A stretch of 32,000 nt of DNA from Ignicoccus pacificus DSM 13166 (lineage in GTDB: Archaea > Thermoproteota > Thermoprotei_A > Sulfolobales > Ignicoccaceae), in NCBI GenBank assembly GCA_025340205.1, contig CP006868.1:1200001-1232000 (forward strand). The letters are read 5' to 3'. The translations under genes were made by a program, and so were the position numbers. Below are positions 1 through 10,581 of this stretch, piece by piece; positions within the stretch are counted from its first letter, which is position 1, and each line of letters opens with the position of its first letter. The notes under the pieces were generated by a model. That model was not told the DNA's origin. It did no database searches and saw only the letters and a program-made list of their open reading frames with translations.

Positions 1-1
1 G

Positions 2-172
2 GTCTACTGGGTGGGTCCGAGGGGGGACATAGTTGCTCCCGAGAGCGATTGGCTCCACTTGCCCTTCACCATAACTCCTCCCTTCCAGCTGCTCGCCTAC
101 TACATGGCAGTGCTCAAAGGTTATGATCCCGACAAGCCCAGAAACCTAGCGAAGAGCGTTACGGTTCACTAA
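2..172 (+). CDS. glmS: C-terminal fragment of a GlmS-like glucosamine-fructose-6-phosphate aminotransferase / SIS-domain protein (5' truncated by window)
   Basis: Frame 2 translates to [56 protein letters not shown]. The [12 protein letters not shown] ending is typical of GlmS. Confidence 0.82.
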   Translation, partial: VYWVGPRGDIVAPESDWLHLPFTITPPFQLLAYYMAVLKGYDPDKPRNLAKSVTVH

Positions 173-233
173 AAGGGATGACTGAGTTTATTCCGGGCTA
201 CCGAGCGGTGAGGATTGGACTACCGCGAGGACC

Positions 234-437
234 TCAGTTGGGATCCATCTCGGCCGCCATTTCGGTGAGTATAGCGAGGCCTCCGAAGAGTATGGCCGCC
301 CCAGTGGTCAGGAGCACTATGTTGGTTGCCAAGTCTGCTGGAATAGTGAACAAGTGAGTGGCGGTAGTCATTATGAAGTCGATAACTATGGCTATTACCA
401 TCAATAGCGTGAATAAGCTGTTAATCTTCCCTATCAC
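234..437 (-). CDS. Small hypothetical membrane protein (67 aa, two hydrophobic segments)
   Basis: ORF with hydrophobic stretches LFTLLMVIAIVIDFIM and NIVLLTTGAAILFGGLAIL. Confidence 0.5.
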   Translation of the reverse strand: MIGKINSLFTLLMVIAIVIDFIMTTATHLFTIPADLATNIVLLTTGAAILFGGLAILTEMAAEMDPN

Positions 438-478
438 TTCCCATCCCCATAGCTATGGGGAGGAAAGGGCTTTTACAT

Positions 479-1324
479 TTAAGGAGGTGATACCGAGAAG
501 CTCCTCACCACGTTCTCGACGTTAAGCTTGTACAGGTAGTCCTCGCTGACCTTCTCCTCGTTCAGTAACTCCAGTTGTACCTTCGCCATCTCCCACGGGT
601 AGATCACTATTCCGGGCCTCTTGGGATCGTCTATGTGGTCGCTCTCAACCATGTAATTAGGGGGTAACTCGAGGGCCTTCTCCAAGCTCCCCTTGACTCC
701 TGGGGCAGTTGCGGGAACTCCTAGCTCCACCGCGGCCTTGAGCGTCTTTCCCCTGGCATGGTGCATTATCACCCTCTCCGACTTAGCGCCTATCCTCCTC
801 ACCCTCTCCTTGACGTCGAGGGCGCTTACCCTCCCCCCTTGCTCTAGGTGTAAGTGCACCACCACGTCGTAGTCTTTGGATATCTCTATAGCTCTGTCCA
901 TAATGTGCTCAGCTATGACCACCGAAATAGGGTTGGTCTTGTAGTGCTGCCTTCCTACCTCTCCCACGCCCTGAAGCCTTCCCTCCTTTACGGCCTTTTC
1001 CACTAAGTCCATTACCTTCATGCCAAAATCGAGCACTTCCTCCGGCTTCATCGATCCCAAGTGCTTGTCCACGTCGGCAGGGTGAAAGCCGTAAAGACAA
1101 GAGACCTTAAGGCCGTAGCTCCTAGCCTTCTCGCACTCCTTGATCGTTAACTCCAGCGTTTTCTCATAGCCCTCCAAGTTGCCTTCAATTCCATAGTGCC
1201 AAGGGCTCAGGCCCACTATCGCTAGGAACCAGCCTCCGGCTTCCTTGAACTTGGGAGCGATCTTTTCCATTCCGAGACCCCTTACGGGATTGGTGTGGGT
1301 GTGAGCATCCGCTATGGGAACCAC
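479..1324 (-). CDS. TatD-related TIM-barrel metal-dependent hydrolase (COG1831-like)
   Basis: N-terminal DAHTHTNP metal-binding motif, VVHLHLEQGG, VIMHHARG and ESDHIDDPKRPG. Confidence 0.75.
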   Translation of the reverse strand: MVPIADAHTHTNPVRGLGMEKIAPKFKEAGGWFLAIVGLSPWHYGIEGNLEGYEKTLELTIKECEKARSYGLKVSCLYGFHPADVDKHLGSMKPEEVLDFGMKVMDLVEKAVKEGRLQGVGEVGRQHYKTNPISVVIAEHIMDRAIEISKDYDVVVHLHLEQGGRVSALDVKERVRRIGAKSERVIMHHARGKTLKAAVELGVPATAPGVKGSLEKALELPPNYMVESDHIDDPKRPGIVIYPWEMAKVQLELLNEEKVSEDYLYKLNVENVVRSFSVSPP

Positions 1325-1455
1325 TTCATTCCCCCGGAGCGCTTTGAGGAATAGCTTATGAGGAGAGGTTTAGGAAACCATCACGGCTCCGGTCCCTTCA
1401 CGCCGTCTGGAAGGGCGGCGAATGAGAGGGATCCCCGTTGGGCGCCACACATCCC

Positions 1456-2217
1456 TCACACACCAAGTTCCTCTAAGAGGAAGTATAGGAGAACCTTGTT
1501 GTTCTTAATTATTTCAAATGCCCTAAGTACATAGGGCTTATCCATGATTACAAGCTTCTCGCTGAGACTATCTCCTTTGAGCTTCCACCTGAGCATGGCA
1601 TTACCTCTAACATCGAGCACCTCCACCTCTCCTTTTCTTAGAACTAGGAGCAAGTCCTCGTATAATAGAGCGTCCTCAGCTTCTCCTATAACGACTTCAT
1701 CTCCGTTTACTATTGCCCTCCCGTCCCCAGTAATTATCAAACCGTTATCAGTCACCTTTAACGAGTTTAGATCGCCCAGCTTGGAAATGTGAACCTTGCC
1801 AGCTTCCTCCACCTCATCTTCAGCTAAGAGGAGGTGAAGCCAGGGAGGCTTGAGTATGCCTAAAGTAATCTTTCCCTTGATCCTCTTCGCGAAGAGTAAC
1901 CTTCCCTCAAGCGCGAAGACCTTCCCGTCGATCTCGACGATTACTTTGTTACTATTAAGAATTGAAATTAGGCCCTTACTCCCTATGAAGTACACCCTAG
2001 GTCCCTCAGCGAAGACGGAGCGCTCGCCGGCCCCCTCTATTAGCTTCAACCCGTGGGGAGTTTGAAGGAGAAGGGACTTGCAAGTTAGGTCTAAATGTGT
2101 AACTCCTATAATTGGAATAAAGGAGGGTCTCGAATGAGGGTAGGAGAAGGAGTAATATACGCCGTTCTCCCATTTTAGGACAAAAGCGAGTTCGTCCTTA
2201 CACGGAAAAACGAGCAT
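1456..2217 (-). CDS. Hypothetical protein with repetitive beta-strand pattern, possible beta-propeller-like fold
   Basis: Intact 253-aa ORF with alternating short hydrophobic strands and no recognised motif. Confidence 0.55.
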   Translation of the reverse strand: MLVFPCKDELAFVLKWENGVYYSFSYPHSRPSFIPIIGVTHLDLTCKSLLLQTPHGLKLIEGAGERSVFAEGPRVYFIGSKGLISILNSNKVIVEIDGKVFALEGRLLFAKRIKGKITLGILKPPWLHLLLAEDEVEEAGKVHISKLGDLNSLKVTDNGLIITGDGRAIVNGDEVVIGEAEDALLYEDLLLVLRKGEVEVLDVRGNAMLRWKLKGDSLSEKLVIMDKPYVLRAFEIIKNNKVLLYFLLEELGV

Positions 2218-2336
2218 ATTCTCCCTATAGTACTAAACATAGAAAGGATATACAAGTTCTCGTTTAGAGAATACAAGTTTCCAATATATGGAAGCTTCTC
2301 TATTATTAAAGAAAAGCTCTTTTTGAGTGGAGCAGT

Positions 2337-3434
2337 ATGAGGGGACGGGTACTTTGCATGGACAGGTTTGAGCTGATTAAAAGGAACACCGTAGAGATAG
2401 TAACAGAGGACGAGCTCAAGGAGAAGTTAGAGAAGGGAGAGAAGCTGAAGGGCTACATAGGCTTCGAGCCCTCTGGCCTCTTCCACGTAGGGTGGATGGT
2501 GTGGGCGAAGAAGGTCTGGGATTTGGTTGAAGCCGGAGTGGATATGAGGATCTTGGCAGCCACTTGGCACGCTTGGGTAAACGACAAGCTGGGAGGGGAT
2601 CTGGAGCTGATAAGGGACGCTGCTAAGTACGTCTGGCACGTATTGAAGGCCTTAGGCTTACCGATGGATAAGATAAAGTGGGTATATGCTGAGGACTTGG
2701 TAAAGGATGACAAGTACTGGGCTCTGGTGCTGAGAGTTGCCAAGAACACCTCTTTAGCTAGGATGAAGAGAGCGTTGACCATAATGGGGAGAAAGACCAG
2801 CGAGGCCGAGCTGGACAGCTCCAAGCTCATCTACCCGGCAATGCAAGTTAGCGACATCATCTACATGGATCTAGACATAGCCCTCGGAGGGCTTGACCAG
2901 AGGAAGGCCCACATGCTCCAGAGGGACGTAGCTCCCAAGCTCGGAGCGAAGAAGGTAATTGCCATCCACACCCCTCTCCTCACTTCTCTTCAAGGAGGCA
3001 AAAGGATGGACGTCAAGGGAGATATAGACGATTACATGGCTGAGGTGAAGATGAGCAAGAGCAAGCCGGAGACTGCCATCTTCGTCCACGACAGCCCGGA
3101 GGAGATATGGAAGAAGCTCAAGAAGGCTTACTGTCCAGCTAAGGAGACGCAGTTCAACCCAGTTCTCGACATAGTGAAGTACGTGATATTCCCGTGGAGG
3201 AACTACGAACCCTTCGTCGTCGAGAGGCCGGAGAAGTTCGGGGGAACAGTTACTTACAAGAGCTACGAGGAGCTCGAAAGGGACTTCGCGGAGGGCAAGC
3301 TACACCCGTTGGACTTGAAGAAGGCCACTGCTAAGTACTTGGCTGAGATACTTGAGCCCGTGAGGAAGTACTTCGAGGAGAACGAGGAAGCTAGGAGCCT
3401 CTATGAGAGAATAAAGGACAAGATAACTCGCTAG
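2337..3434 (+). CDS. tyrS: Tyrosyl-tRNA synthetase (class I, archaeal type)
   Basis: GYIGFEPSGLFHVGW HIGH-region, YPAMQVSDI, GGLDQRKAHMLQRD and a KMSKS-like motif (VKMSKSKPETAI). Confidence 0.93.
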   Translation: MRGRVLCMDRFELIKRNTVEIVTEDELKEKLEKGEKLKGYIGFEPSGLFHVGWMVWAKKVWDLVEAGVDMRILAATWHAWVNDKLGGDLELIRDAAKYVWHVLKALGLPMDKIKWVYAEDLVKDDKYWALVLRVAKNTSLARMKRALTIMGRKTSEAELDSSKLIYPAMQVSDIIYMDLDIALGGLDQRKAHMLQRDVAPKLGAKKVIAIHTPLLTSLQGGKRMDVKGDIDDYMAEVKMSKSKPETAIFVHDSPEEIWKKLKKAYCPAKETQFNPVLDIVKYVIFPWRNYEPFVVERPEKFGGTVTYKSYEELERDFAEGKLHPLDLKKATAKYLAEILEPVRKYFEENEEARSLYERIKDKITR

Positions 3435-4192
3435 CTCAGCTCATCCAACGCCCACTTGGGCAACTTCACCTCGAGCGCTTTCAATATCTCATCCAAGTGC
3501 TCTTTTCTCTCAGTCTTTGGAATGGGAATAACCACGGGGCTCCTCGAGAGGAGCCAAGCTATGGCAATGGCAGCGGGCGGGACGCTCAGCTCTCTGGCCA
3601 CCTTAGCTATCTTCTGATCATGAAGGAGCCTCCCCTTTTCCAAAGGAGTGTGAGCTTGGAGAGCTATTCCCTTCTCCTCGAGGATCGGCAGTATCTCCTC
3701 AGTTCTCCTAAACCAGTAGGAGTACTTGTTCTGGACAGCAACTATTTCGTGCCTCTTAGGAGCGGTCAAGGCCACCTCGAACTGCTCCTTGGTCACATTC
3801 GAAACACCTATCATCCTCGTAAGTCCCTTCTCGAGGGCTTTTTCCAATACCCTAACTTCGGTCGCAATGTCCTCGGGCCAGTGAACTAAGGTAAGATCAG
3901 GAACCTTTCCTAATCTCCTCCTCTGCCTCTCCAAGGCCTTGAAGCACTCCTCCTCTTCCTTGAGATGCCAAGGGTAGAGCTTTGTGGTCACGAAGATCTC
4001 ATCTGGCTTGCCGTAGACCCTCATGGCCTCCCCTATTATCGGCTCGGTTCTATACATTTCAGCCGTGTCGACCAAGTTTATTCCTCTCTCGAATGCGTAT
4101 AGCAAGGTTTCGTAGAATGCCTTGGGATCGTGGACGTCCCAAGAACCCATTCCTATTGCTGAGACCTCTTCTCCACCTATCTTCCTCTTCAA
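3431..4192 (-). CDS. Aldo/keto reductase
   Basis: GMGSWDVHD, NLVDTAEMYRTEPIIGEAM, DLTLVHWPED, IGVSNVTKEQFE and VVIPIPKTERKEHLDEI. Confidence 0.9.
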   Translation of the reverse strand: MKRKIGGEEVSAIGMGSWDVHDPKAFYETLLYAFERGINLVDTAEMYRTEPIIGEAMRVYGKPDEIFVTTKLYPWHLKEEEECFKALERQRRRLGKVPDLTLVHWPEDIATEVRVLEKALEKGLTRMIGVSNVTKEQFEVALTAPKRHEIVAVQNKYSYWFRRTEEILPILEEKGIALQAHTPLEKGRLLHDQKIAKVARELSVPPAAIAIAWLLSRSPVVIPIPKTERKEHLDEILKALEVKLPKWALDELS

Positions 4193-4202
4193 GACTCAGC
4201 TC

Positions 4203-5300
4203 CTAGTCCCCTTCCTCGTCGCCCTTATCATCTATGACGCCGGTAACCTTGGCCAGCCTCTCAGCCGCCTCACGGGTAAGCCCCTCTTCCCCGAGGATGG
4301 TGTACCTCTCCGGCCTTATCTTGTGAGCCATTAACAAGGCCTCTATTATATGTTCGTCCTTAACGCCTAACTCCTTAGCAGTGGTGGGAAGGCCCAAGAT
4401 CCTCATTATTCTCCTGACCTTCTTCCAGAGCTCAGTTCCGTGCAAGTAGAGCATCATTATGCTCCCAACGGCTACTTGCTCTCCATGTAGAGCGGGCCTG
4501 TTGGCTATTATATCCAACGCGTGGGAGAAGAGGTGCTCGCTTCCACTGGCCGGTCTCGAGGAGCCAGCTATGCACATAGCCACGCCGGAGGATATGAGGG
4601 CCTCTACCAGTATCCTCACTCCCTCCTCGTTCATCCTCTTGAGCACATCCACGTATTTCAGAACGTGCTTCGCGCTCATCAAGGCCAAAGAAGCCGCATA
4701 AGAGCCGTAGTACTCGCCCTTCAGCCTATGGGCCAACCTCCAGTCCCTTACTGCTGAGAACTTGCCCAAGATGTCCCCTACTCCGGCCAAGTTGAGTCTC
4801 TTGGGAGCCTTCACTATTATTGAAGTATCGGCTATTACTGCTATTGGAGTAACGGCCCTAACGCTCGTCGGACCGTTTACCCCCTTAAGGGAAGAGAAGG
4901 GCGAGGTTATCCCGTCGTGGCTGGCAGCTGTCGGTACGCTTATGACCTCCTTTCCTGAGGCCTTGGCCGCGTACTTCGCTATATCTATGGCCTTCCCGCC
5001 TCCAAAGCCTATTATTATATCGCTCTTGAACTCCTCGGATGCCCTCGCTATCTCCAGCGCCACGTCCTTTGTGGCATCCTTTGCTATCTCTACGTTTATC
5101 TGGAACCCCTTGTCCTCCAACAAGTCCTTCAACTCTTTTCCCCACTTGGAGTAGACGTTTGGTCCCGTGACCACGGTTATGTTCTTAAAGTGTCCAAGTT
5201 CGTTCAGCACCTCGGGAATTCTCTTGACTACCCCTTTACCTACTATTACCTTCTTCATCAGCGTGATCTCGTGTACTGGTCGCACCTTCGTTACCGCCAA
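4203..5300 (-). CDS. egsA: sn-Glycerol-1-phosphate dehydrogenase (archaeal lipid biosynthesis)
   Basis: [58 protein letters not shown] and [11 protein letters not shown]. Confidence 0.92.
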   Translation of the reverse strand: MAVTKVRPVHEITLMKKVIVGKGVVKRIPEVLNELGHFKNITVVTGPNVYSKWGKELKDLLEDKGFQINVEIAKDATKDVALEIARASEEFKSDIIIGFGGGKAIDIAKYAAKASGKEVISVPTAASHDGITSPFSSLKGVNGPTSVRAVTPIAVIADTSIIVKAPKRLNLAGVGDILGKFSAVRDWRLAHRLKGEYYGSYAASLALMSAKHVLKYVDVLKRMNEEGVRILVEALISSGVAMCIAGSSRPASGSEHLFSHALDIIANRPALHGEQVAVGSIMMLYLHGTELWKKVRRIMRILGLPTTAKELGVKDEHIIEALLMAHKIRPERYTILGEEGLTREAAERLAKVTGVIDDKGDEEGD

Positions 5301-5389
5301 TTAAACCGCGTAGGGGGCTTGAAAACTGAGCTCCGGGTAATACGATACTTTCGGCCTACCCAGATGGCATAAAAACTTTCGTTGTATAC

Positions 5390-6658
5390 ATGGGGTCGGT
5401 GAAAGTGAGTTTGAACCTTTTCGACAGAATTCGCTCCGAGAGGAGCCCGCGGATATTTGTAAACAAGGAGGTGTTGGATCAAAGCTACGTGCCAGAGAAG
5501 ATGATCACGAGGGAGCACAAGGTTGAGCAGCTCGCCAGATACTTCCTCGACTTTCTAGACAACCCGGGTTCTACATACCATCCCGTTCTCATAACAGGTA
5601 AGCAAGGAGTGGGAAAAACGCACATGACCTTTAGGTTCTTCAGAGACCTCAAGGAGGCGTTCGTTAGAGAGCATAGGAAGGATCTGGTCATGGCGTATGT
5701 GAACTGCCACTTCAGGAATAGGTCGTTAATGCAGATACTGAGGACGGTGGCGACGTCCCTTAGGGCAAACGTTCCCACGAGGGGAATTTCGGCAGATGAG
5801 GTCTTCAACTCTATTGCTAGAATTCTGGAAAAGAAGGACATGTACATGCTATTGGTTCTCGATGACTTCCAATACGCCCTTCATTACGATCCACAGATAG
5901 CCTCTTTCATTGCTAGAATATACGAGCAGACGGACGAGCTGAAGAAGAAAAGGATTCAAAGCATAATAATAATGGATGATGCATCGAAACTAGATATGTA
6001 TACAAAGGACGAGAGGGTGAGGAGCTGGAAGGATAGACACATCTATATGAATCCCTACAAAAAGGAGGAACTTCGACTGATTTTGGAGGATAGGAGGGAG
6101 AAGGCCTTCTACCCGGACGCCGTACCGGACGAGGTAATAGACAGAATCTCCGAGCTCCTAGGAATAGACACCCATCCCGGATATCCCATCTCCGGAAGCG
6201 CCAGATCCGCTATAGAGACGCTAAGGCTTGCCGGAGAGAGGGCAGAAAATAGGGGAGACATGTTCGTCACGCTGGAGGACGTGAACTACGCTTGGGGAGA
6301 GCTGACGAAGCACGGAGACATAGCCTTGATCTCGGAGGCCTTAGAGGGACTGACGGACCATGAGCTCTTGTTCCTCTACTCTTTGGCAAGCGTCCTCATG
6401 GCTGGAAACGATCCGGCTAGGATAGGCTTAGTGGAAGAGGAGTATAGGAGCCTATGTGAACTACTAGGAGTTGAGCCGAGGAAGCACACCCAAATATATG
6501 AGTACGCAAAGAGGTTGGCTGAAATAGGGATAATCTGGAGGACTACAAATAACAAGGGTATGAGAGGAAGGAGCAGCCTTCTAACAATAGAATATCCTTT
6601 GGAACCCTTCCGAAACAGAGTGGCTGAGATACTGAGGAGGAGAGGCTATGAGATCTGA
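5390..6658 (+). CDS. cdc6: Orc1/Cdc6-family AAA+ replication initiator
   Basis: Walker A LITGKQGVGKTH, Walker B MLLVLDDFQY, sensor region IIIMDDASK and a C-terminal winged-helix-like region. Confidence 0.83.
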   Translation: MGSVKVSLNLFDRIRSERSPRIFVNKEVLDQSYVPEKMITREHKVEQLARYFLDFLDNPGSTYHPVLITGKQGVGKTHMTFRFFRDLKEAFVREHRKDLVMAYVNCHFRNRSLMQILRTVATSLRANVPTRGISADEVFNSIARILEKKDMYMLLVLDDFQYALHYDPQIASFIARIYEQTDELKKKRIQSIIIMDDASKLDMYTKDERVRSWKDRHIYMNPYKKEELRLILEDRREKAFYPDAVPDEVIDRISELLGIDTHPGYPISGSARSAIETLRLAGERAENRGDMFVTLEDVNYAWGELTKHGDIALISEALEGLTDHELLFLYSLASVLMAGNDPARIGLVEEEYRSLCELLGVEPRKHTQIYEYAKRLAEIGIIWRTTNNKGMRGRSSLLTIEYPLEPFRNRVAEILRRRGYEI

Positions 6659-6869
6659 GGAGGTCATTCTCAGAAGACCAACCATGATCAAGGCATTGCT
6701 AAAGCTCAAGGAGGAGCCCAGGAGCCTTAGTTCCCTTGCTAGGGAATTGGGAACCAATAGGAAGAGGCTCAAGGAGTATCTGAAGTTCCTGGAGGAGGAG
6801 GGATACGTGGAAAGGATAGGAGGCGTTTACATGATAAAGAAGGTCCCCAGCTTCCTCAGTACTCGCTAG
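6648..6869 (+). CDS. Small winged-helix DNA-binding protein (73 aa)
   Basis: SLSSLARELGTNRKRLKEYLKFLEEEGYVERIGGVYMIKK is a wHTH pattern. The start overlaps the cdc6 3' end. Confidence 0.65.
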   Translation: MRSEEVILRRPTMIKALLKLKEEPRSLSSLARELGTNRKRLKEYLKFLEEEGYVERIGGVYMIKKVPSFLSTR

Positions 6870-8922
6870 CGGGCTTGAAGCACCCGGGCCTCTTCTCATA
6901 TATCGTCCCATCGTTCCTGAACATCTTTATGGCCTCATCCACTACCTCGGCTTCTATACCTTTCTTCCTCGCTTCCTCCACAAGCTCCTTTAATGGCACA
7001 CACTCCTTACCCTCAGCTAATTCCTTGAGTAACTTTGATACCATCATCATCTTGCTTAATTTGCTTACAGGTCTTCCAGTTAAGATCACATCTATATCTA
7101 TTCTTCCCGTCTCCACGTCCAAGCCCACCGTGTTGAGGAACGCGAGCATCATCCTCACCGCTTCCACGGCGTCCTCAGCCAACACGCTGTTCCTCAGCGC
7201 CATTCTTGCATGAGCTTCGCTCATCCTCACCAGAGCTTCTAGTTGCCTCGCCGTTATGGGAACCCCCATCTCGGGATTGTTAGCGGCCTTTGACCTCAGA
7301 TCAACGAAGAAGTTTTCAATTATTTTCTTCGCGTCCTCGGTGAGCTTCGGTGAGACCGTTTTCTTAGCATAAACTATGTACTTCTTCAGTAAGTCAATAG
7401 GTATCTCAGGCCTTATCTTCTCCGCTTCCTTGTGTACATTGAGTATGTACCTAACCAACCTCCTATCGTTCATCGGATCCGGTCTATCTTGAAGCACGAA
7501 GATCAAGTCAAACCTCGAGAGTATGCTCGGGGGCAAGTTGATGTTCTCCGCAACGGTTCTGTTAGGTAAATATCTTCCGTACCTAGGGTTCCCAGCCGCG
7601 AGGACTGCACACCTAGCGTTGAGCTTAGCCACTATTCCGGCCTTTGCTATCGACACAGTTTGCTGCTCCATAGCTTCGTGTATCGCAACTCTGTCCTCTT
7701 CCCTCATCTTGTCTATCTCGTCTATTACGGCCACTCCTCCATCTGCAATTACCAGAGCTCCGGCTTCTAGGTAGAACTCCCCTGTGACCTTGTCCCTTAC
7801 TACTGCTGCAGTAAGTCCCGCGGCGGTGGATCCCTTTCCGGTAGTGTAAACGCTTCTCGGGGCGACCCTGGCGGCGTACTGCAAGAGCTGGGACTTAGCT
7901 GTACCGGGATCTCCTATTATGAGGACGTGGATGTCTCCCCTTATCCTCGTTCCGTCCTCGAGTTGCTTTGGAACTCCTCCGAACAAGGAGAGGGCTATGG
8001 CTTCCTTTATGTCCCACAAGCCGTAGATCGAGGGAGCTATGCTCATCACTATCCTTTTGTGAATCCACGGATCTTTCGCCAACTCTTGGATTTTCTCCAC
8101 GTCTTCGGGCTCTAAGGCTATGTCCTCTAAGACCTTCTGAGACACCTCTATGTTATTCGCATAAATCCTTATCGTGAATATTGCTGCCGATCCCTTCCTC
8201 AAGAGCTTGTCGGGCTTCGCCTCGACTATTCCCACTATGGTTACCTTATCTCCAGGCCTAGCGATGTCAACCAAGTCGTCCTCTACAATTACTTCTATGC
8301 TTCTAGGAAGCTGACCCGCCGGCAGCTCCTCCGGCTTCTCTTGAACCACCATCATTTGCCAGTTGACGTACTCGTTGTCTGGATGATCTGCTAAGAACGT
8401 GAAGGGACCAGTCCTCTTCGGACACTCCTCGTTGGGACACGAGGAAGGGGTGACTATGTAGATCTCGTTTTGAATTACGGGAAAGATCGTTCCGCAAGCC
8501 TCGCATCTGAAGTAAGCCTTCCTTATCCTCTCCTTTACTTGAGTGACCCTTACCAAGATACCTTCAATCATTATTAGTTTTCCTATGTGGATGTCCCTTA
8601 TCTCCCTCAGTTTTACGGTCTCTGGAAGGTTGCTGAACCTAAGGTTGACCTTGTAGTCCTTCCCAGCGTAAGCGGAGGCTATCTCCTTGAGGACCTTCTC
8701 GAACTTGGGTATGTATTCCCTGGGCTTATCGATTATTAGTGAAGCTAACTCTTGACTGAAGTCAATGATATCGTGAAAGTCAACAACCAAGCTCTTCTTC
8801 CTTTCTATAACTATCCTCTTTAGCATCTCCTTATACTTCGCCTTACCCTCTTCGTCTTGGTATCTCTCGATAAATTCCCTAAACTGCTCCTCCGGGGGGA
8901 GCTGCTCTAACTCCAAGCTCAT
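6856..8922 (-). CDS. mcm: Replicative helicase MCM
   Basis: Zinc ribbon FRCEACGTIFPV...CPNEECP, Walker A GDPGTAKSQLLQYAARVAPRSVYTTGKGSTAAGLTA, Walker B VAVIDEIDKM, arginine finger region LSRFDLIFV. Confidence 0.97.
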   Translation of the reverse strand: MSLELEQLPPEEQFREFIERYQDEEGKAKYKEMLKRIVIERKKSLVVDFHDIIDFSQELASLIIDKPREYIPKFEKVLKEIASAYAGKDYKVNLRFSNLPETVKLREIRDIHIGKLIMIEGILVRVTQVKERIRKAYFRCEACGTIFPVIQNEIYIVTPSSCPNEECPKRTGPFTFLADHPDNEYVNWQMMVVQEKPEELPAGQLPRSIEVIVEDDLVDIARPGDKVTIVGIVEAKPDKLLRKGSAAIFTIRIYANNIEVSQKVLEDIALEPEDVEKIQELAKDPWIHKRIVMSIAPSIYGLWDIKEAIALSLFGGVPKQLEDGTRIRGDIHVLIIGDPGTAKSQLLQYAARVAPRSVYTTGKGSTAAGLTAAVVRDKVTGEFYLEAGALVIADGGVAVIDEIDKMREEDRVAIHEAMEQQTVSIAKAGIVAKLNARCAVLAAGNPRYGRYLPNRTVAENINLPPSILSRFDLIFVLQDRPDPMNDRRLVRYILNVHKEAEKIRPEIPIDLLKKYIVYAKKTVSPKLTEDAKKIIENFFVDLRSKAANNPEMGVPITARQLEALVRMSEAHARMALRNSVLAEDAVEAVRMMLAFLNTVGLDVETGRIDIDVILTGRPVSKLSKMMMVSKLLKELAEGKECVPLKELVEEARKKGIEAEVVDEAIKMFRNDGTIYEKRPGCFKPASEY

Positions 8923-9515
8923 CTCTCCTCACCCGTCAAGAGGACCTTCTCGTACCACACGTCGATCATGTACTTTAGCTCGTTTACCAAGTGGATCTCC
9001 TCCGGCGTGCACCTCTCTCTGAGCTCGACGGGCACTTCCTTGCTACTTACTACATATTTCATCATCTTGAGGAGCCTTATTTCAGCTATTTCTTCTACGT
9101 CGTTCTTTACTTTCATCAGCTTATTCATTATCGAGAATATGTCGTTCATGTTCCCCTCGAACTCTCCTCTCCTTATGAGCTCCTCCGCCTTCTCTCCTAT
9201 CAACTTTACCATTTTGTAGAAATTCTTCGGCAACTGGACTGGATAAGGGTCGTCCTTGTGCTTGTTTTCAAGGAACTTATACTTGCTTATCTCCTTCGAT
9301 AACTTCACTATGTCCTCTTCCCTGCTGTACTTAGCATATCCCCTAGCTACGAGCTCCTCTGCTAACCATCGAGGGAGATCTATTTCCATACCCTTTCCCA
9401 ATCTTAACAGCTCCTCTCCGTTGAAGACGTCGACCAATTCCTTCAATATCATTACCTTTACTTTTTCCTCCATAAATTTTTCCATCTCTAGGTCTATTGC
9501 TAACTCGAGCTTCAC
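8919..9515 (-). CDS. GINS complex subunit, probably Gins23
   Basis: 198-aa protein with DLPRWLAEELVARGYAKY. It overlaps the mcm start by 4 bp, the arrangement known for gins23-mcm in Sulfolobales. Confidence 0.7.
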   Translation of the reverse strand: MKLELAIDLEMEKFMEEKVKVMILKELVDVFNGEELLRLGKGMEIDLPRWLAEELVARGYAKYSREEDIVKLSKEISKYKFLENKHKDDPYPVQLPKNFYKMVKLIGEKAEELIRRGEFEGNMNDIFSIMNKLMKVKNDVEEIAEIRLLKMMKYVVSSKEVPVELRERCTPEEIHLVNELKYMIDVWYEKVLLTGEER

Positions 9516-9590
9516 GGTCCCCGATGACCCACTAGAGTAGCACTCGCTTTAATCAAGGGGACTCCGCGAGCAAAGTAGTGGTAACACGCT

Positions 9591-10571
9591 TTGAGCAGCG
9601 CGTACGAGATGCTGTGGGCAGAAAAGTACAGGCCGAAGACCCTAGACGAGATAGTGGATCAAGAGGAAATAGTTGCCAGGTTGAAGAAATTCGTTGAAGA
9701 GAAGAACGTGCCTCACATGCTCTTCGCCGGTCCCCCTGGAACCGGAAAGACCACCGCCGCCCTTGCCCTAGCTCATGACTTATATGGAGAGAATTATAGG
9801 CAATACTTGCTCGAGCTCAACGCGAGTGACGAGAGAGGAATAGACGTAATAAGGACTAAGGTAAAGGAGTTCGCAAGGTCTAGGACGCCTCCAAACGTTC
9901 CTTTCAAGATAGTCCTCTTAGACGAGGCGGATAACATGACTGCTGACGCCCAACAAGCCCTCAGGAGGCTTATGGAGCTCTACTCCGCTACCACTAGGTT
10001 CATCCTAATAGCTAACTTCCCTAGCAAGATCATCGAGCCCATCCAGTCCAGATGCGCTTACTTCCGCTTCAAGCCCTTGCCCAAGGATAAGGTAGTGGAG
10101 AGACTCATGTACATATGCAAGAACGAGGGAGTTCAGTGCGAGAAGGAGGCCTTGGAAGAGATATACGAGCTCTCTGAAGGTGATATGAGGAAGGCCATAA
10201 ACATACTCCAAGCTGCAGCCGCCCTCGGGAAGGTTACCGTTGATGCGGTCTACAAGGCGATAGGCTACGCTCATCCAGCTGAGATAAGGGAGGTCATAAC
10301 TAAGGCCCTTAATGGAAACTTCATGGAGGCTAGCAAGCACTTGAGAAAGTTAATGTTGGAATACGGCCTCTCCGGAGTCGACGTGATAAAGAGTATTCAC
10401 AAGGAGATAATGAGTAATAACCTCAAGATAGATGACAGACTAAGGGTGCTCATCGCTGACTACGCCGGGGAGGTCCAGTTCAGGATGACCGAGGGAGCGG
10501 ACGACGAGATCCAGCTCCAAGCGTTCCTAGCCAAGCTCGCCCTCCTCGGCCCTCGCTTTAAGTCAGCCTAG
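9591..10571 (+). CDS. rfcS: Replication factor C small subunit
   Basis: [64 protein letters not shown] and [11 protein letters not shown]. Confidence 0.96.
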   Translation: MSSAYEMLWAEKYRPKTLDEIVDQEEIVARLKKFVEEKNVPHMLFAGPPGTGKTTAALALAHDLYGENYRQYLLELNASDERGIDVIRTKVKEFARSRTPPNVPFKIVLLDEADNMTADAQQALRRLMELYSATTRFILIANFPSKIIEPIQSRCAYFRFKPLPKDKVVERLMYICKNEGVQCEKEALEEIYELSEGDMRKAINILQAAAALGKVTVDAVYKAIGYAHPAEIREVITKALNGNFMEASKHLRKLMLEYGLSGVDVIKSIHKEIMSNNLKIDDRLRVLIADYAGEVQFRMTEGADDEIQLQAFLAKLALLGPRFKSA

Positions 10572-10581
10572 GTGACCTTAG

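Noticed and set aside
5301-5389. Origin recognition boxes upstream of cdc6
   Set aside because: Only a short repeated ACTTTCG and an ordinary ATAAAAA promoter-like element were found, with no ORB-like repeat pair; kept only as a positional hypothesis.
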